Of a stretch of DNA of 30,796 nucleotides, positions 1 through 8,825 are shown one piece after another. This stretch comes from a virus. Taxonomy: Duplodnaviria; Caudoviricetes. The notes beneath the pieces were generated by a model. The model had not been told where the DNA came from, ran no database searches, and was given only the letters and a program-made list of their open reading frames with translations. The stretch's first letter is position 1, and every line of letters starts with the position of its first letter. The stretch is from IMG/VR virus record IMGVR_UViG_3300035135_000026, positions 1 through 30,796 of that record; one strand, 5' to 3'. A program made the position numbers and the translations under genes.

Positions 1-1
1 T

Positions 2-757
2 CGTACTAGAGGTTAGCGTGCTAGTGGTAGACGGCACGCCACGGAAGATGTCAGACATAAAGCCAATGCGCTGATACGGTTCAAACTGGCGTTCAAGAGC
101 CGTGGCGCGTTGGGCGTCAATCTCGGCCTGTTGTTGCGCTTGTTCCTGACCACCAAGCTGTGACAGGATTCCAACGTCGCGTGCCTGCGCCGCCTGTGCA
201 GATTCACCCATGGCCGCTTGTTGCAGACCTAGCTTGCCAAACAGTTCAGCGCCCTGTTGCGCTCGATCCTGTGCGGATTCAAACGCCTGTGCACGGAGTT
301 GACCAGACTGCCTAGCAAAGGCGTCCGCTGTATTGCGCTGTAGTTCTTGCTCGGCCACCGCCTGACGCGAACCGCCAAAGGCACCTGAACTGACGGCGGA
401 CGAACCAATGCGCTGACGCTCCATGTCCGCTTGCCGCTGTAGATCAGCAAGGCTCTGATCCACAACCTGATCCACATACGGGTTCATGTATTGCTGATAG
501 GCACCTGGCTGTAGCGCAGCTACGCCCTGACCAAGAGTCGCGGCACCAGCTTCCATCATCGGCTGATAGGCACCCACACCAGAGATACCAAGCTGGATTG
601 CCGCTTGCTGTGCCGGCGTCATGCCAGCAACCTGATAATCAGGAATCGTGGTGGGCATATTAGCTAGAGCCGAGGTACTAGCAAGCAGATCCTTGAGGAA
701 GGTCTCCTGATACTCCGGTAATACGGTTACCGCTTCGGTGCGTACTGTTTCAGCCAT
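2..757 (-). CDS. Internal virion / DNA ejection (pilot-like) protein, 3' end runs off the window
   Basis: Not in the ORF track. Hand translation from the ATG at 757 (TAATG overlap with the upstream stop) gives MAETVRTEAVTVLPEYQETFLKDLL...YQQYMNPYVDQVV...SSGAFGGSRQAVAEQELQRN, open to the window edge. It is Q/A/G-rich and predicted helical, with the YMNPY and GAFGGSR motifs typical of podophage ejection proteins. Confidence 0.8.
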   Translation of the reverse strand, partial: MAETVRTEAVTVLPEYQETFLKDLLASTSALANMPTTIPDYQVAGMTPAQQAAIQLGISGVGAYQPMMEAGAATLGQGVAALQPGAYQQYMNPYVDQVVDQSLADLQRQADMERQRIGSSAVSSGAFGGSRQAVAEQELQRNTADAFARQSGQLRAQAFESAQDRAQQGAELFGKLGLQQAAMGESAQAAQARDVGILSQLGGQEQAQQQAEIDAQRATALERQFEPYQRIGFMSDIFRGVPSTTSTLTSST

Positions 758-1539
758 TATGCCATCCTCTCAAACTTGTCCATCATGGCGTACATGCGCT
801 TGGCACCCAAGTCGGTATTGCCGTTTCCTGCGCCCTTGACGGCCTTCTTCGTCATTACAAACTCTTCGTCCGAGAGCCGTGCCTCCTGAACCTTTTTGCC
901 ATTCTGATAAATGCCGGCCTTGATGCTGTCTGAAACACCAGTCCCTGGACCTTCAATCAAACCACCTTGATTGAGCGTAACGATGCCGCCCATCGCCATG
1001 CCGTCACGAGCCTTAACTGCGGCTTCTAGTTCTTCAATCGAATCATAGGCTTTGCCTGTCACCGGATCGACAAACAGTCCAGCAATCGGGGAGCCTTGGT
1101 AGTCTGGGCGCGACTCCAACTGCATCTCACCAGCTTCCTCAAGCTCTTCCTCGCCCACACCGGCCATGCCCAACAGTGAACTGCCCACTACAAGGTCACC
1201 AACCGAGATGCCGGAGCCGAGAATCCCGCTCTTTGCCGCCTCTTGCGTGGCGGCTTTGGTAGCGGCTTCGGCCACTGCGGCTTCGGTTGCAGCCTTGGTA
1301 GCGGCGGCGCCGGTAGCAGATTGCGCGGCTGCTGGGCCTACCCCCATCGCACCAAGACCCGCAGTAGCACCGCCACCAAGGACTGCATTCTTAATCGCGT
1401 CTTTGGCGTCACCACCGGCTACAAGTGTGCCGATTCCAGAGCCAAGAGCCGCGTTTAACGCAGCACTACCAGCAGGGCCGAATAGAGCACCGCCTATTCC
1501 GCCTATAACTGGTAACAGTGTTTTAAGGTTAAGACCCAA
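757..1539 (-). CDS. Putative internal virion protein
   Basis: Track ORF 757..1554. A better start is the TTG at 1539, with GGAGG 8 nt upstream. Gly/Ala-rich hydrophobic N-half, and a C-terminal GGLIEGPGTGVSDSI...ARLSDEEFVM motif of the GPGTGTSDSI/LSDGEFV type seen in phage internal and tape-measure proteins. Confidence 0.7.
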   Translation of the reverse strand: MGLNLKTLLPVIGGIGGALFGPAGSAALNAALGSGIGTLVAGGDAKDAIKNAVLGGGATAGLGAMGVGPAAAQSATGAAATKAATEAAVAEAATKAATQEAAKSGILGSGISVGDLVVGSSLLGMAGVGEEELEEAGEMQLESRPDYQGSPIAGLFVDPVTGKAYDSIEELEAAVKARDGMAMGGIVTLNQGGLIEGPGTGVSDSIKAGIYQNGKKVQEARLSDEEFVMTKKAVKGAGNGNTDLGAKRMYAMMDKFERMA

Positions 1540-1768
1540 GCGTTTCGCCTCCAAGAGACTGAGGAACAGTTACGGAGATTGTAGTGTCTCGTCTTTCTGC
1601 ACCTGTCCATGGATTGCCGCAGTCTGGGCAGTTACCATCAGGGTGACTAGCTATCTCCTCTGGAGTGTCAACTTCATTAGGGCAGCTAGCGCAATACAGT
1701 TTATCAGAACTTGTGCTTGGTGACCACCGGCTCCCGTCTGACATCACAATTACGTTGTCATCTGACAC
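1529..1768 (-). CDS. Small zinc-ribbon protein (CxxC...CxxC)
   Basis: CASC and CPDC pairs; GTG start overlapping the upstream TAG with GGAG before it. Confidence 0.65.
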   Translation of the reverse strand: MSDDNVIVMSDGSRWSPSTSSDKLYCASCPNEVDTPEEIASHPDGNCPDCGNPWTGAERRDTTISVTVPQSLGGETLGS

Positions 1769-1998
1769 TAGACATCTCCTTCTACTTTTATCTTCAGGGT
1801 TCCTGAGTCCTGATACACATCTCCTACTTCTAGCGAAGATAAAGCATTTTGGTCAGGTAGTCCATTTATGCCCGTCAAAGGGTTGCGAACCTCGTTGATC
1901 AGAACCTCAAGCGTTCTGGCAAGCTGATTCATGTAAGTTGGATCGTACTCCTCTGGGGCGACAGGCAGAATAGGACGGATAACTTTGGTGTTGCTCAT
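1768..1998 (-). CDS. Small hypothetical virion-associated protein
   Basis: 76 aa with an LPVAPEEYD motif; ATGA overlap with the nozzle-like gene. Confidence 0.7.
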   Translation of the reverse strand: MSNTKVIRPILPVAPEEYDPTYMNQLARTLEVLINEVRNPLTGINGLPDQNALSSLEVGDVYQDSGTLKIKVEGDV

Positions 1999-3536
1999 CT
2001 GCGCCCATCCGCTCTTACATCAATCCTTGGAGCACCAAGCCGCCACTTCACATCCACCGCGTCACTGGAAACCTTGAAGTTCAGGCTTCTGCCTCGTGCT
2101 CGAGTAAAGATCTGATTGGTGTATACGTCTGTACTGCTTTCGGTAACCACACCAGAAACCGTCTCTGTAATCGCCTTACCAGGGAAGTCACGGGACTGAA
2201 TCGACAGAGTGGCCGCTGGGGTCGAGGTATCAGAATCATTGAACGTGATGTCTGGTATCACGCGCCGCAGGAACATGAACTGTTCGCCATCGCCTATATC
2301 AAAGTCAGACGATTGCACAAAAGCGTTGATCGCAGATCCGTCATCATTCAGCCCAAACTCATGGTTGTACAGATAGCCACCCTCTACTGCCTGTGGGTAG
2401 CTACGCTGTCCTGCGCCTCGATCATTCCATGCGGTACGAGACAACTGCCCGTAATACCAGACCTTTTCGCCGTAGTTATAGACGACATACCGGTTTACTT
2501 CACCTGAAGCATTATTGGTCTGGGTAGGATAGAACCACCAGATTTCTGTCTCTGATGCCAAGGATCCGGCGTGGATCTTGAACGACTGATTACGGTTGAG
2601 GTCACTGAAGACATAGTCCCGCACCGAGCAAGGCAACGCCTGAACACGACCATCATACACATAGAAGTTTTCCTGCCCCATCCAGAAGACAACGTCATTG
2701 ACGCTGACTGCGGCATTCGGGCTGACGATTCGTGTGTTATCGGCCAACAACGCAGTGCCGAAAGTGAACGGCGCACCCGTAAACTGAACAGAGTTCAGGC
2801 TTGTATCCGTCCAAACCAAAATCTCCCGTCGTGTTCTGAGAGCGGTGATGATCTCGGAGCCTTGCGACAGGCGGATATCTCCCGCCGTATTTGTCGCCGT
2901 AGGCGTCCAGTTGGCAGCATCCTCTTGGTTAGAGAAGCGGATCAATAGCGGGTCTTGTTCAGTCGAGCCTAGTGGATTGGCACCAAAGGCCAGAACATGC
3001 CTATCTACTTCAGAAACAAGAACCTTACGAGCAACGGTGGGTGTATTGCTGGCTCCTGACAAGTTCTCCAGAGGAATGGCTCGATTGTTCGTTAAGCCTC
3101 CGGTGGCGTCCCAGTAGTATATGCGTCCATCCGCGACGTTGATGATCAGATCTTCGCCAAAGTTGTCTGCGAACCACAGACGGAGGGTCTGACCCGCAAG
3201 GTTACCTGCCGCACTGCCCCATGTAAAACGGCCCCATGTGCCTGCGCCCCAACCAGCGCCAAGAACGGTGGTGTTCAAGCCGGTCTCAAGCAGATAAAAC
3301 GCCGACGCCTGCCCCGCAGAAGAGTTCGTTTGATCTGCGGCAGAGGACAATGTGATGGTGTAGGTGTTAGTCGCGGCAGACTGTACTTCAAACTCAGCCG
3401 CCAATGCTGAGTTCAACGCCGACGACAGGCCAGACACATCCTCAAAGATCACGCGATCTCCTGCCAAGGCACCGTGCGCTGTATCGTTAACGGTTACAGT
3501 CGTGCTTCCGCTGGTTGTGGTGAATGTTATAGCCAT
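1995..3536 (-). CDS. Tail nozzle / packaged-DNA stabilisation-like protein, C-terminal part
   Basis: 513 aa, beta-rich. Motifs GWGAGTWG, DNFGEDL, IRFSNQED, NTAGDIRL, EIWWFYP, YVVYNY, RTAW, and C-terminal WRLG..R.DVRADGRR. Located just before the ejection proteins. Confidence 0.75.
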   Translation of the reverse strand: MAITFTTTSGSTTVTVNDTAHGALAGDRVIFEDVSGLSSALNSALAAEFEVQSAATNTYTITLSSAADQTNSSAGQASAFYLLETGLNTTVLGAGWGAGTWGRFTWGSAAGNLAGQTLRLWFADNFGEDLIINVADGRIYYWDATGGLTNNRAIPLENLSGASNTPTVARKVLVSEVDRHVLAFGANPLGSTEQDPLLIRFSNQEDAANWTPTATNTAGDIRLSQGSEIITALRTRREILVWTDTSLNSVQFTGAPFTFGTALLADNTRIVSPNAAVSVNDVVFWMGQENFYVYDGRVQALPCSVRDYVFSDLNRNQSFKIHAGSLASETEIWWFYPTQTNNASGEVNRYVVYNYGEKVWYYGQLSRTAWNDRGAGQRSYPQAVEGGYLYNHEFGLNDDGSAINAFVQSSDFDIGDGEQFMFLRRVIPDITFNDSDTSTPAATLSIQSRDFPGKAITETVSGVVTESSTDVYTNQIFTRARGRSLNFKVSSDAVDVKWRLGAPRIDVRADGRR

Positions 3537-4213
3537 CAGCCTACTCCAACAGTGACGTAACCAGCGGCGCCGGTGGCTTCAAGACCTAACGGGAAGAACC
3601 CTGCGTCAGCGGCTGGGTCACCGCCGCTAGGTAGCGTCTTAACAGTGACAGTGCCAAGACCGCTTGTGATCTGTTCTGTAACTTCAGATATGATCAACCT
3701 GTGTTCCGCAGGCTCCAGATCACCCACCTGACCAGTGGCTTCCTCACCCGTCACAAGCACATGATGTGTGGTTTCGACGACGATGGATCCGACCAGACCG
3801 GCTACGCCCGTAGCTTCCTCACCCGTTACGGCGACATTCTGAGTCGCCACGGCACCGGTGAAGATTACGACACTACCAACGCCCCCTGTTGCGGCGGAAC
3901 CAGTGACAGCTTGAGGCAGAAGCACCGTGCGCCGGAACGGCGTGATGTCTCTGAACGTGCCGGACTCTTCTATGTATGCCTTGATGTGAGTGCCTACGAA
4001 CAGTAGGTTCTGAGATGAGAGCGTTACAAAATCATGCAGCTCTCGAGCTGTGCCAAGAAACGTGGAACTGTTTACTTTCTCCCAACCACCAATTCTTTCA
4101 ACATACCCATAACGAAAGCGGATGAAGTTCCCATCGAACCATCCGCCCTCATTAGAATAGTTGGTGCCCTCGCGATTGATACCAGGGCGAAACTGGAGTT
4201 TGGTAAGAGGCAT
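3536..4213 (-). CDS. Tail nozzle-like protein N-terminal fragment fused to about 5 degenerate VTGEEATG repeats
   Basis: The first ~93 aa (MPLTKLQFRPGINREGT...GGWFDG..IRFR.G..ERIGGW...DITP) look like the usual N-terminus of the downstream protein family. The rest resembles the repeats of 11608..14202. Confidence 0.7.
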   Translation of the reverse strand: MPLTKLQFRPGINREGTNYSNEGGWFDGNFIRFRYGYVERIGGWEKVNSSTFLGTARELHDFVTLSSQNLLFVGTHIKAYIEESGTFRDITPFRRTVLLPQAVTGSAATGGVGSVVIFTGAVATQNVAVTGEEATGVAGLVGSIVVETTHHVLVTGEEATGQVGDLEPAEHRLIISEVTEQITSGLGTVTVKTLPSGGDPAADAGFFPLGLEATGAAGYVTVGVG

Positions 4214-4216
4214 TCA

Positions 4217-4396
4217 TTACTCCGCTTCAACAATCGTCAAATCACCGGCATCAATTTTGGCCTGTATGTCACTGGGAAGATTGTCCTTGTTTGCACGAAG
4301 CCATACTTGAAACTCTGGGTCAATACCAATACAGCTATGTTTTCCGTTGCTGTAGATTATGTTTTCTTCAATAACTTCTAAAACCTGATAAGTCAT
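4217..4396 (-). CDS. Small acidic protein, possible fibre chaperone (59 aa)
   Basis: Not in the track. Hand translation: MTYQVLEVIEENIIYSNGKHSCIGIDPEFQVWLRANKDNLPSDIQAKIDAGDLTIVEAE. ATGA overlap with the upstream gene; fills the gap exactly. Confidence 0.7.
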   Translation of the reverse strand: MTYQVLEVIEENIIYSNGKHSCIGIDPEFQVWLRANKDNLPSDIQAKIDAGDLTIVEAE

Positions 4397-5490
4397 AATT
4401 CTGTCCCCGATGTTCCAATAAACGCATCTAATTCTCTTAGTCTCATCATTATAGATTGTCCTACGGTATGACCCGTGGTGCTTGTATAACGTATCGCTAT
4501 GGTGTTTTTACTGGCTCTGGTAAATGATGGAACAGAAGTGCTGATAGCAACAGTACCCTCCTTTCTGACATCATAGTCTGATGCAGTGCCACTGGTGGTG
4601 ATGCCCGTTGGTGCTGTCCGCATCGTAACTGGAAGGTCCATATTACCGTCTACTGTAGTGGTGGTAGTACACAATGCCATTCCGACTGAGGCTTTGTCTG
4701 TCGCAATAGGACCAAGTTGGTAGTAATACCTCTGGCAACGCCGCAACTCATCGCTAAACGACCGATGCTCAAACGCTGTAGCTACGTCGCCAACTTCCCA
4801 TTGTATGCCGGTGATGTACCAGTTGTTTGTGCTTGCCATCAGGTTGACCTGACCTACCGCACGATTCGCAGTAGTTAAAGAAGCCCAGCCCGTAGGCAAA
4901 GTGCCGCTTGTAAAGTTTGACCCCGCCGCAAGCCACCATCGTACATCCATAGAACGATTGGCATCATTATCCAACGCACCAGTTGTGTCGCCAACAAATG
5001 TAATGGTTTTCTTTTCCCAAGTGTTTGCTGAATCAATCGTATACGTTTTTGCTGCGTGTCTATTGTTGTCATTATCAAACAATTCTAGAACGTATGTTCC
5101 GGTGGTGTTTGATTTCACCCAAAACGATACGGTGCTTGACTTTGCGTTTGAGGTGCCTTTTTCAAGACGTTGTAAATTTTGTCCCTCTATCCTTTGATGA
5201 AAGTTCATATTCTCATCAGCGGCTAATGCGCTTTCCGCCGTGGTTATGTTAACTTTGAAAGAACTACCAAAGCCCTGACCCGCCGGATTGTCAGAGTCTT
5301 GAGACTGCGTTATGGCAAGATTATCTGTTGCATTTTTTGACAACTGAAACCTGTCAACACTGGCGTAGAAAAAGTCAGTGCTAGACGTACCCCGCTGCGC
5401 CACCTGCATCGCACCGTTGATAATCATGTTCCTGTTCGACAACGCCGTCTGCGAACCAATCAGTGCGGCGAGTTCTGCTGCCTTACTCAT
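4393..5490 (-). CDS. Tail fibre / carbohydrate-binding-module-like protein
   Basis: NRNMIINGAMQVAQRGTS start, QRIEG, SFWVKS, ITGIQWEVG..AT.FEHR...EL.RCQRYY. This beta-sandwich signature is common in marine phage fibre proteins. Confidence 0.7.
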   Translation of the reverse strand: MSKAAELAALIGSQTALSNRNMIINGAMQVAQRGTSSTDFFYASVDRFQLSKNATDNLAITQSQDSDNPAGQGFGSSFKVNITTAESALAADENMNFHQRIEGQNLQRLEKGTSNAKSSTVSFWVKSNTTGTYVLELFDNDNNRHAAKTYTIDSANTWEKKTITFVGDTTGALDNDANRSMDVRWWLAAGSNFTSGTLPTGWASLTTANRAVGQVNLMASTNNWYITGIQWEVGDVATAFEHRSFSDELRRCQRYYYQLGPIATDKASVGMALCTTTTTVDGNMDLPVTMRTAPTGITTSGTASDYDVRKEGTVAISTSVPSFTRASKNTIAIRYTSTTGHTVGQSIMMRLRELDAFIGTSGTEL

Positions 5491-5507
5491 GCGAGGTCTC
5501 CGTGAAC
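5487..5507 (-). repeat. HGDLA junction repeat, copy 1
   Basis: tcatgcgaggtctccgtgaac, identical to 8805..8825 and 9740..9760. Confidence 0.95.
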
Positions 5508-5885
5508 TACAACAAGAATATGGTCACTATCTTGCCTAGCATCAGCCGTATTAAGTGTGCGAAGAAGCACAGTGCTGGCTGTTATGGCTCCGTCAAGATT
5601 CACCATTGAGTTAGAATAACCGGAGCCGTTGGCTATACCCGCTACGGCGTAGTTTGCATCCGCCATGTTGGTTGTATAACTAAAATCATAATCTCCATTG
5701 TTTGGGCCTTCAACTGTGCTGGTAATATTAAAACTTCCACGAATTTCAGTATCAGATGAATCAAACGTAGCTGTTCCGTTAAAATTAACCCAACCCTTTG
5801 CACTACCTTGTGCAACAGTAGACGTAGCCACGCTGTTGTTCCCGCTGGCATCCTTCAGGGTGTTTACTCTCAGTTCACTAGCCAT
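5487..5885 (-). CDS. HGDLA-family fibre-associated protein, copy B4 (GSAKxW subtype)
   Basis: MASELRVNTL...GSAKGWVNF...SFNI...VHGDLA; paralogue of three other genes in the island. Confidence 0.75.
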   Translation of the reverse strand: MASELRVNTLKDASGNNSVATSTVAQGSAKGWVNFNGTATFDSSDTEIRGSFNITSTVEGPNNGDYDFSYTTNMADANYAVAGIANGSGYSNSMVNLDGAITASTVLLRTLNTADARQDSDHILVVVHGDLA

Positions 5886-6433
5886 TAGTCAGCGTCCCCC
5901 AGCCATGTGAATATGCAACTTGTAACAGCATGCTCAGTTGCAGATTCTGTAGTGGTGTTTGCTGCACTGCCTGTTGCAAAACGAATAACATCGTTTGTGG
6001 TATTAGTGCATTTGTAGAAAGTTTTTAACGAAATCTGCAACTTGTAAGTAGAAGCACTGTGCGACTCTTTTGCTTGTGCAATAGAACTAAATGTGCCGCC
6101 ACCATTTTGTGATGACTGGATATTGTAATCAACGGTTGGGTCACCTCCCGACGAATTAGCACTAGCGTAAAGTTCAACTTGCCACAGTCCAGTAAATGGA
6201 AGAGTAAATACGCCACTGCTTTCTGTTACAGAGCCGCCCCTAGTAATCTTGCCAACATTTTCACCAGACAGTTGCGTAGCCATATCTGTCCAGCCTGTAA
6301 GTGTTGCGCTACCAGACACGCCACTCGTCAGCATAAAGCCCATCACGCACTGGCGGCTCTCGTTCACCTTCGCAGCTACAGGGCTTGTGCCGTCCGTGTG
6401 CTGGATTGTATCGACTTTAAGTACGCTTGCCAT
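5885..6433 (-). CDS. Fibre/adhesin-like protein with possible C1q/TNF-like jelly-roll (C2)
   Basis: Shared N-terminus MASVLKVDTI; SGVFTLPFTGLWQV resembles the C1q 'G.FT.P..G.Y' strand. Confidence 0.55.
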   Translation of the reverse strand: MASVLKVDTIQHTDGTSPVAAKVNESRQCVMGFMLTSGVSGSATLTGWTDMATQLSGENVGKITRGGSVTESSGVFTLPFTGLWQVELYASANSSGGDPTVDYNIQSSQNGGGTFSSIAQAKESHSASTYKLQISLKTFYKCTNTTNDVIRFATGSAANTTTESATEHAVTSCIFTWLGDAD

Positions 6434-6810
6434 TATGCGAGGTCTCCGTGTGTTGCGGCAGTCATGTAGTCATTATTGTTGTAAGCACCGCTGTTAGACG
6501 ACGAAGTGTAAAATAAATATGTACTTGAGTTCGTTGGGGATGATGTTGAGGATCTGTTACCGGCACTAGAAATTGTTTCACCTACAGATGTAACCGGAGC
6601 AAAATTTGCATCACTATGCGCCGTAGTCAATTCTACTGTTGTTTTTCCTGTATCGTTATGGGTGGTTGAAGACACGTTGAAACTGTCACGGACGCTAGCA
6701 TCATCTCCAAACATATTAATCCAATGTTTTGCGGCATGTTGCTTCGTCAGCCCTACCGGCCCCGTACCCGCCTTGTCAGCAATCGTGTCTACATTAAGAA
6801 CGCTGGTCAT
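6433..6810 (-). CDS. HGDLA-family protein, copy B3 (LTKQxAAK subtype)
   Basis: Start placed at the ATG at 6810 (ATGA overlap): MTSVLNVDTI...LTKQHAAKHW...DSFNVSS...THGDLA. Confidence 0.75.
   Translation of the reverse strand: MTSVLNVDTIADKAGTGPVGLTKQHAAKHWINMFGDDASVRDSFNVSSTTHNDTGKTTVELTTAHSDANFAPVTSVGETISSAGNRSSTSSPTNSSTYLFYTSSSNSGAYNNNDYMTAATHGDLA
6435..6450 (-). repeat. HGDLA junction repeat, copy 2 (16-bp core)
   Basis: atgcgaggtctccgtg. Confidence 0.95.
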
Positions 6811-7265
6811 ACGATACTCCAATATCCATTAACAGTGACGGTAGCACTCTGCGTAATCGGCCCTGCCGACACACCGTTCTCGTCGCTGTCAATCGTGATG
6901 TCTGCGCTGATCGTCTGGCCGTTCAGGCGAATGATTGAGTTGTTACCCTTGAAAGGATATCGAGTATCTGATTCTCCCTTGGTGTAGCTGTTCGCAATGG
7001 AGAATGTGTCGTATGCAACGATCTCAACTACGTCATTGAGTGACGCCCCTGTGACCAGCACAACCGTTGTGCCGGTTGTCGCCGTGTAATCCGTCCCTGG
7101 CTTTAGAAGAACACCGTTCTGGTAAACATCCACATACCGACCGTCTTGATAAGACAGCACCAACGAATCGGAATCGGATCCGCTGAAGCTCGTCTGCCCA
7201 GCCGTGGCTTGATACACGAAGCGGTTGCGAACACCAAACTCTGGAGATTTACCTATGTATGGCAT
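6807..7265 (-). CDS. Fibre-associated protein, MPYxG family (A2)
   Basis: MPYIGKSP...ATAGQTSF...VYQNGVLL..GTDYTAT; C-terminal IIRLNGQTISADITI...SAGPIT. Paralogue of 10111..10566. Confidence 0.7.
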   Translation of the reverse strand: MPYIGKSPEFGVRNRFVYQATAGQTSFSGSDSDSLVLSYQDGRYVDVYQNGVLLKPGTDYTATTGTTVVLVTGASLNDVVEIVAYDTFSIANSYTKGESDTRYPFKGNNSIIRLNGQTISADITIDSDENGVSAGPITQSATVTVNGYWSIV

Positions 7266-7951
7266 TATGCATACTCCTCCACATACACAACACCGGAGGC
7301 CCCGGCTCCACCAGCTTGATTATCTGCCACGTTTGTAGCGACAGCACCAGAACCGCCACTTCCATGTCCTGTTCCATCATTACCTGTGTCATCGCCGGTT
7401 TTGCCCCGTGGCCCACCGCCAAGGTAGCTAGAACCGCCGTTACCACCGATAGCTTCGCTTGAAGACGTGCCAGCGCCGACGCCATATCCCCCAGCACTAC
7501 CATTAATATTCAAATCTCCGCTGCTACCAACACCACCATCGCCGCCACGCAAAAAACTTGCGTTTGATGGCGAAACAGCATCGCCCCCAAGACCGCCGCT
7601 ACCGCCAGTTGCGCTGCAATGAGAGCCGAACGATGATGAGCCACCCGCACCGCCATTGCCGCCAGTGCCTGCCCCAGCAGTGCCGCCTGCACCTATCGTG
7701 ACCGTTTCAGTTGCACCAACCGATGTAATCAATTTCACGGCTGTGCCACCTCCGCCGCCGCCACCAGCACCACGAGCCGTACCCGAACCTTGGCCGTCAA
7801 CACCGCCACCACCACCGCCGCCGCCGACAACATACACGCGAACGGCCTTTATGTTTGAAGGCTTTGTGTACGTTCCAGAGGAGGTAAAAACCTGAACAGA
7901 CGTAAGACCGGGGTTATCCAGTCCACCAGAACGTACCTTTGTTAATGCCAT
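7265..7951 (-). CDS. Glycine-rich virion/adhesin protein
   Basis: VFTSSGTYTKPS...VYVVGGGGGGG, many GxGGxG runs, C-terminal GASGVVYVEEY. Confidence 0.7.
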   Translation of the reverse strand: MALTKVRSGGLDNPGLTSVQVFTSSGTYTKPSNIKAVRVYVVGGGGGGGGVDGQGSGTARGAGGGGGGGTAVKLITSVGATETVTIGAGGTAGAGTGGNGGAGGSSSFGSHCSATGGSGGLGGDAVSPSNASFLRGGDGGVGSSGDLNINGSAGGYGVGAGTSSSEAIGGNGGSSYLGGGPRGKTGDDTGNDGTGHGSGGSGAVATNVADNQAGGAGASGVVYVEEYA

Positions 7952-7963
7952 TGTCTAAATTCC

Positions 7964-8335
7964 TTATGCGTAAGGCGAGTCGCCCAGCAAGTTAGAATCC
8001 CACGCTGCTTTCAGTTCAGCAATCGTGGTTGCATTAGTGATCGCAGATGCCGCTGGTGCGTCACGCAGGGCAGTCTTAGCGTTAACCGCCGCAGTCTTGG
8101 CATCCGCATCGTCAGCCTCAAGTGCCTTCATGTAGGCTACGTCTTGCGCCTCAAGCAGCGGAGCGCGAACTTCACGGATCTTGTCCTTGAAGATCTCCTT
8201 AGCCTTCGCCAGATCTTCACTGATGACGCTGCCACTCAGGGACCATGCACCGCGAAAGTGACGGTCAGAAGGAACGGTAACCGTGGAAGCGTCAACCTGA
8301 TTCCCGTCCTTGTCTACGATGTATGTTGTCGGCAT
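7964..8335 (-). CDS. Tail fibre assembly-like protein
   Basis: KIREVRAPLLEAQDV...KTALRDAP...ELKAAW pattern typical of fibre chaperones; GAGGAG RBS. Confidence 0.65.
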   Translation of the reverse strand: MPTTYIVDKDGNQVDASTVTVPSDRHFRGAWSLSGSVISEDLAKAKEIFKDKIREVRAPLLEAQDVAYMKALEADDADAKTAAVNAKTALRDAPAASAITNATTIAELKAAWDSNLLGDSPYA

Positions 8336-8346
8336 TTTCTGCTCCT

Positions 8347-8808
8347 CTAAGCTGCCAGTTCATCAGAGATGCGCCATGCGTTTCTCCACTCGCGTGTCCC
8401 CGGAAGCTGTTGCTTTCGGCAGATCACCATCTTCGGGCGGTTGCCCTCGTCCCACGACTGCCATACAGACTGTGGTACGTCCTTCTGAATGAGGTACTCG
8501 ATGGCCTCTTCTTCGGTCATCGGCCCCATCGGTTCCGTATCATGCAGCAAGTAACCGCGTGTATGCTTTTTGAAGTCGGGCTGCGCCTCGTCCTTCGCTA
8601 GTTCCCAGTATACCCAAACCGGCGGCAATATCCCACCCTGCAAGGCGCAGGCCATCCAGTTGGGATCCGGTATCATTACCTTGGCACACTCATCTACCTT
8701 GTCCTCGTACACGACGCGGTAGTCGGACTGCACACCCTCAAGGTTCTCTTTGGCCCAGCAGAGCCGCTCCCATAGATGTGTGCCTTGAAACTCTGGAGTC
8801 ACTGTCAT
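8347..8808 (-). CDS. Hypothetical protein in the fibre island
   Basis: Start placed at the ATG at 8808 within the HGDLA junction repeat. Contains PDPNWMACAL and MTEEEAIEYLIQKDVP...WRNAWRI. Confidence 0.7.
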   Translation of the reverse strand: MTVTPEFQGTHLWERLCWAKENLEGVQSDYRVVYEDKVDECAKVMIPDPNWMACALQGGILPPVWVYWELAKDEAQPDFKKHTRGYLLHDTEPMGPMTEEEAIEYLIQKDVPQSVWQSWDEGNRPKMVICRKQQLPGTREWRNAWRISDELAA

Positions 8809-8825
8809 GCGAGGTCTCCGTGAAC
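8805..8825 (-). repeat. HGDLA junction repeat, copy 3
   Basis: tcatgcgaggtctccgtgaac. Confidence 0.95.

Noticed and set aside
6441-6446. GGTCTC (BsaI site) in every HGDLA repeat, hinting at synthetic Golden Gate junctions
   Set aside because: The site is explained by the GGA GAC C codons and RBS, all copies have the same orientation, and nothing else looks engineered.
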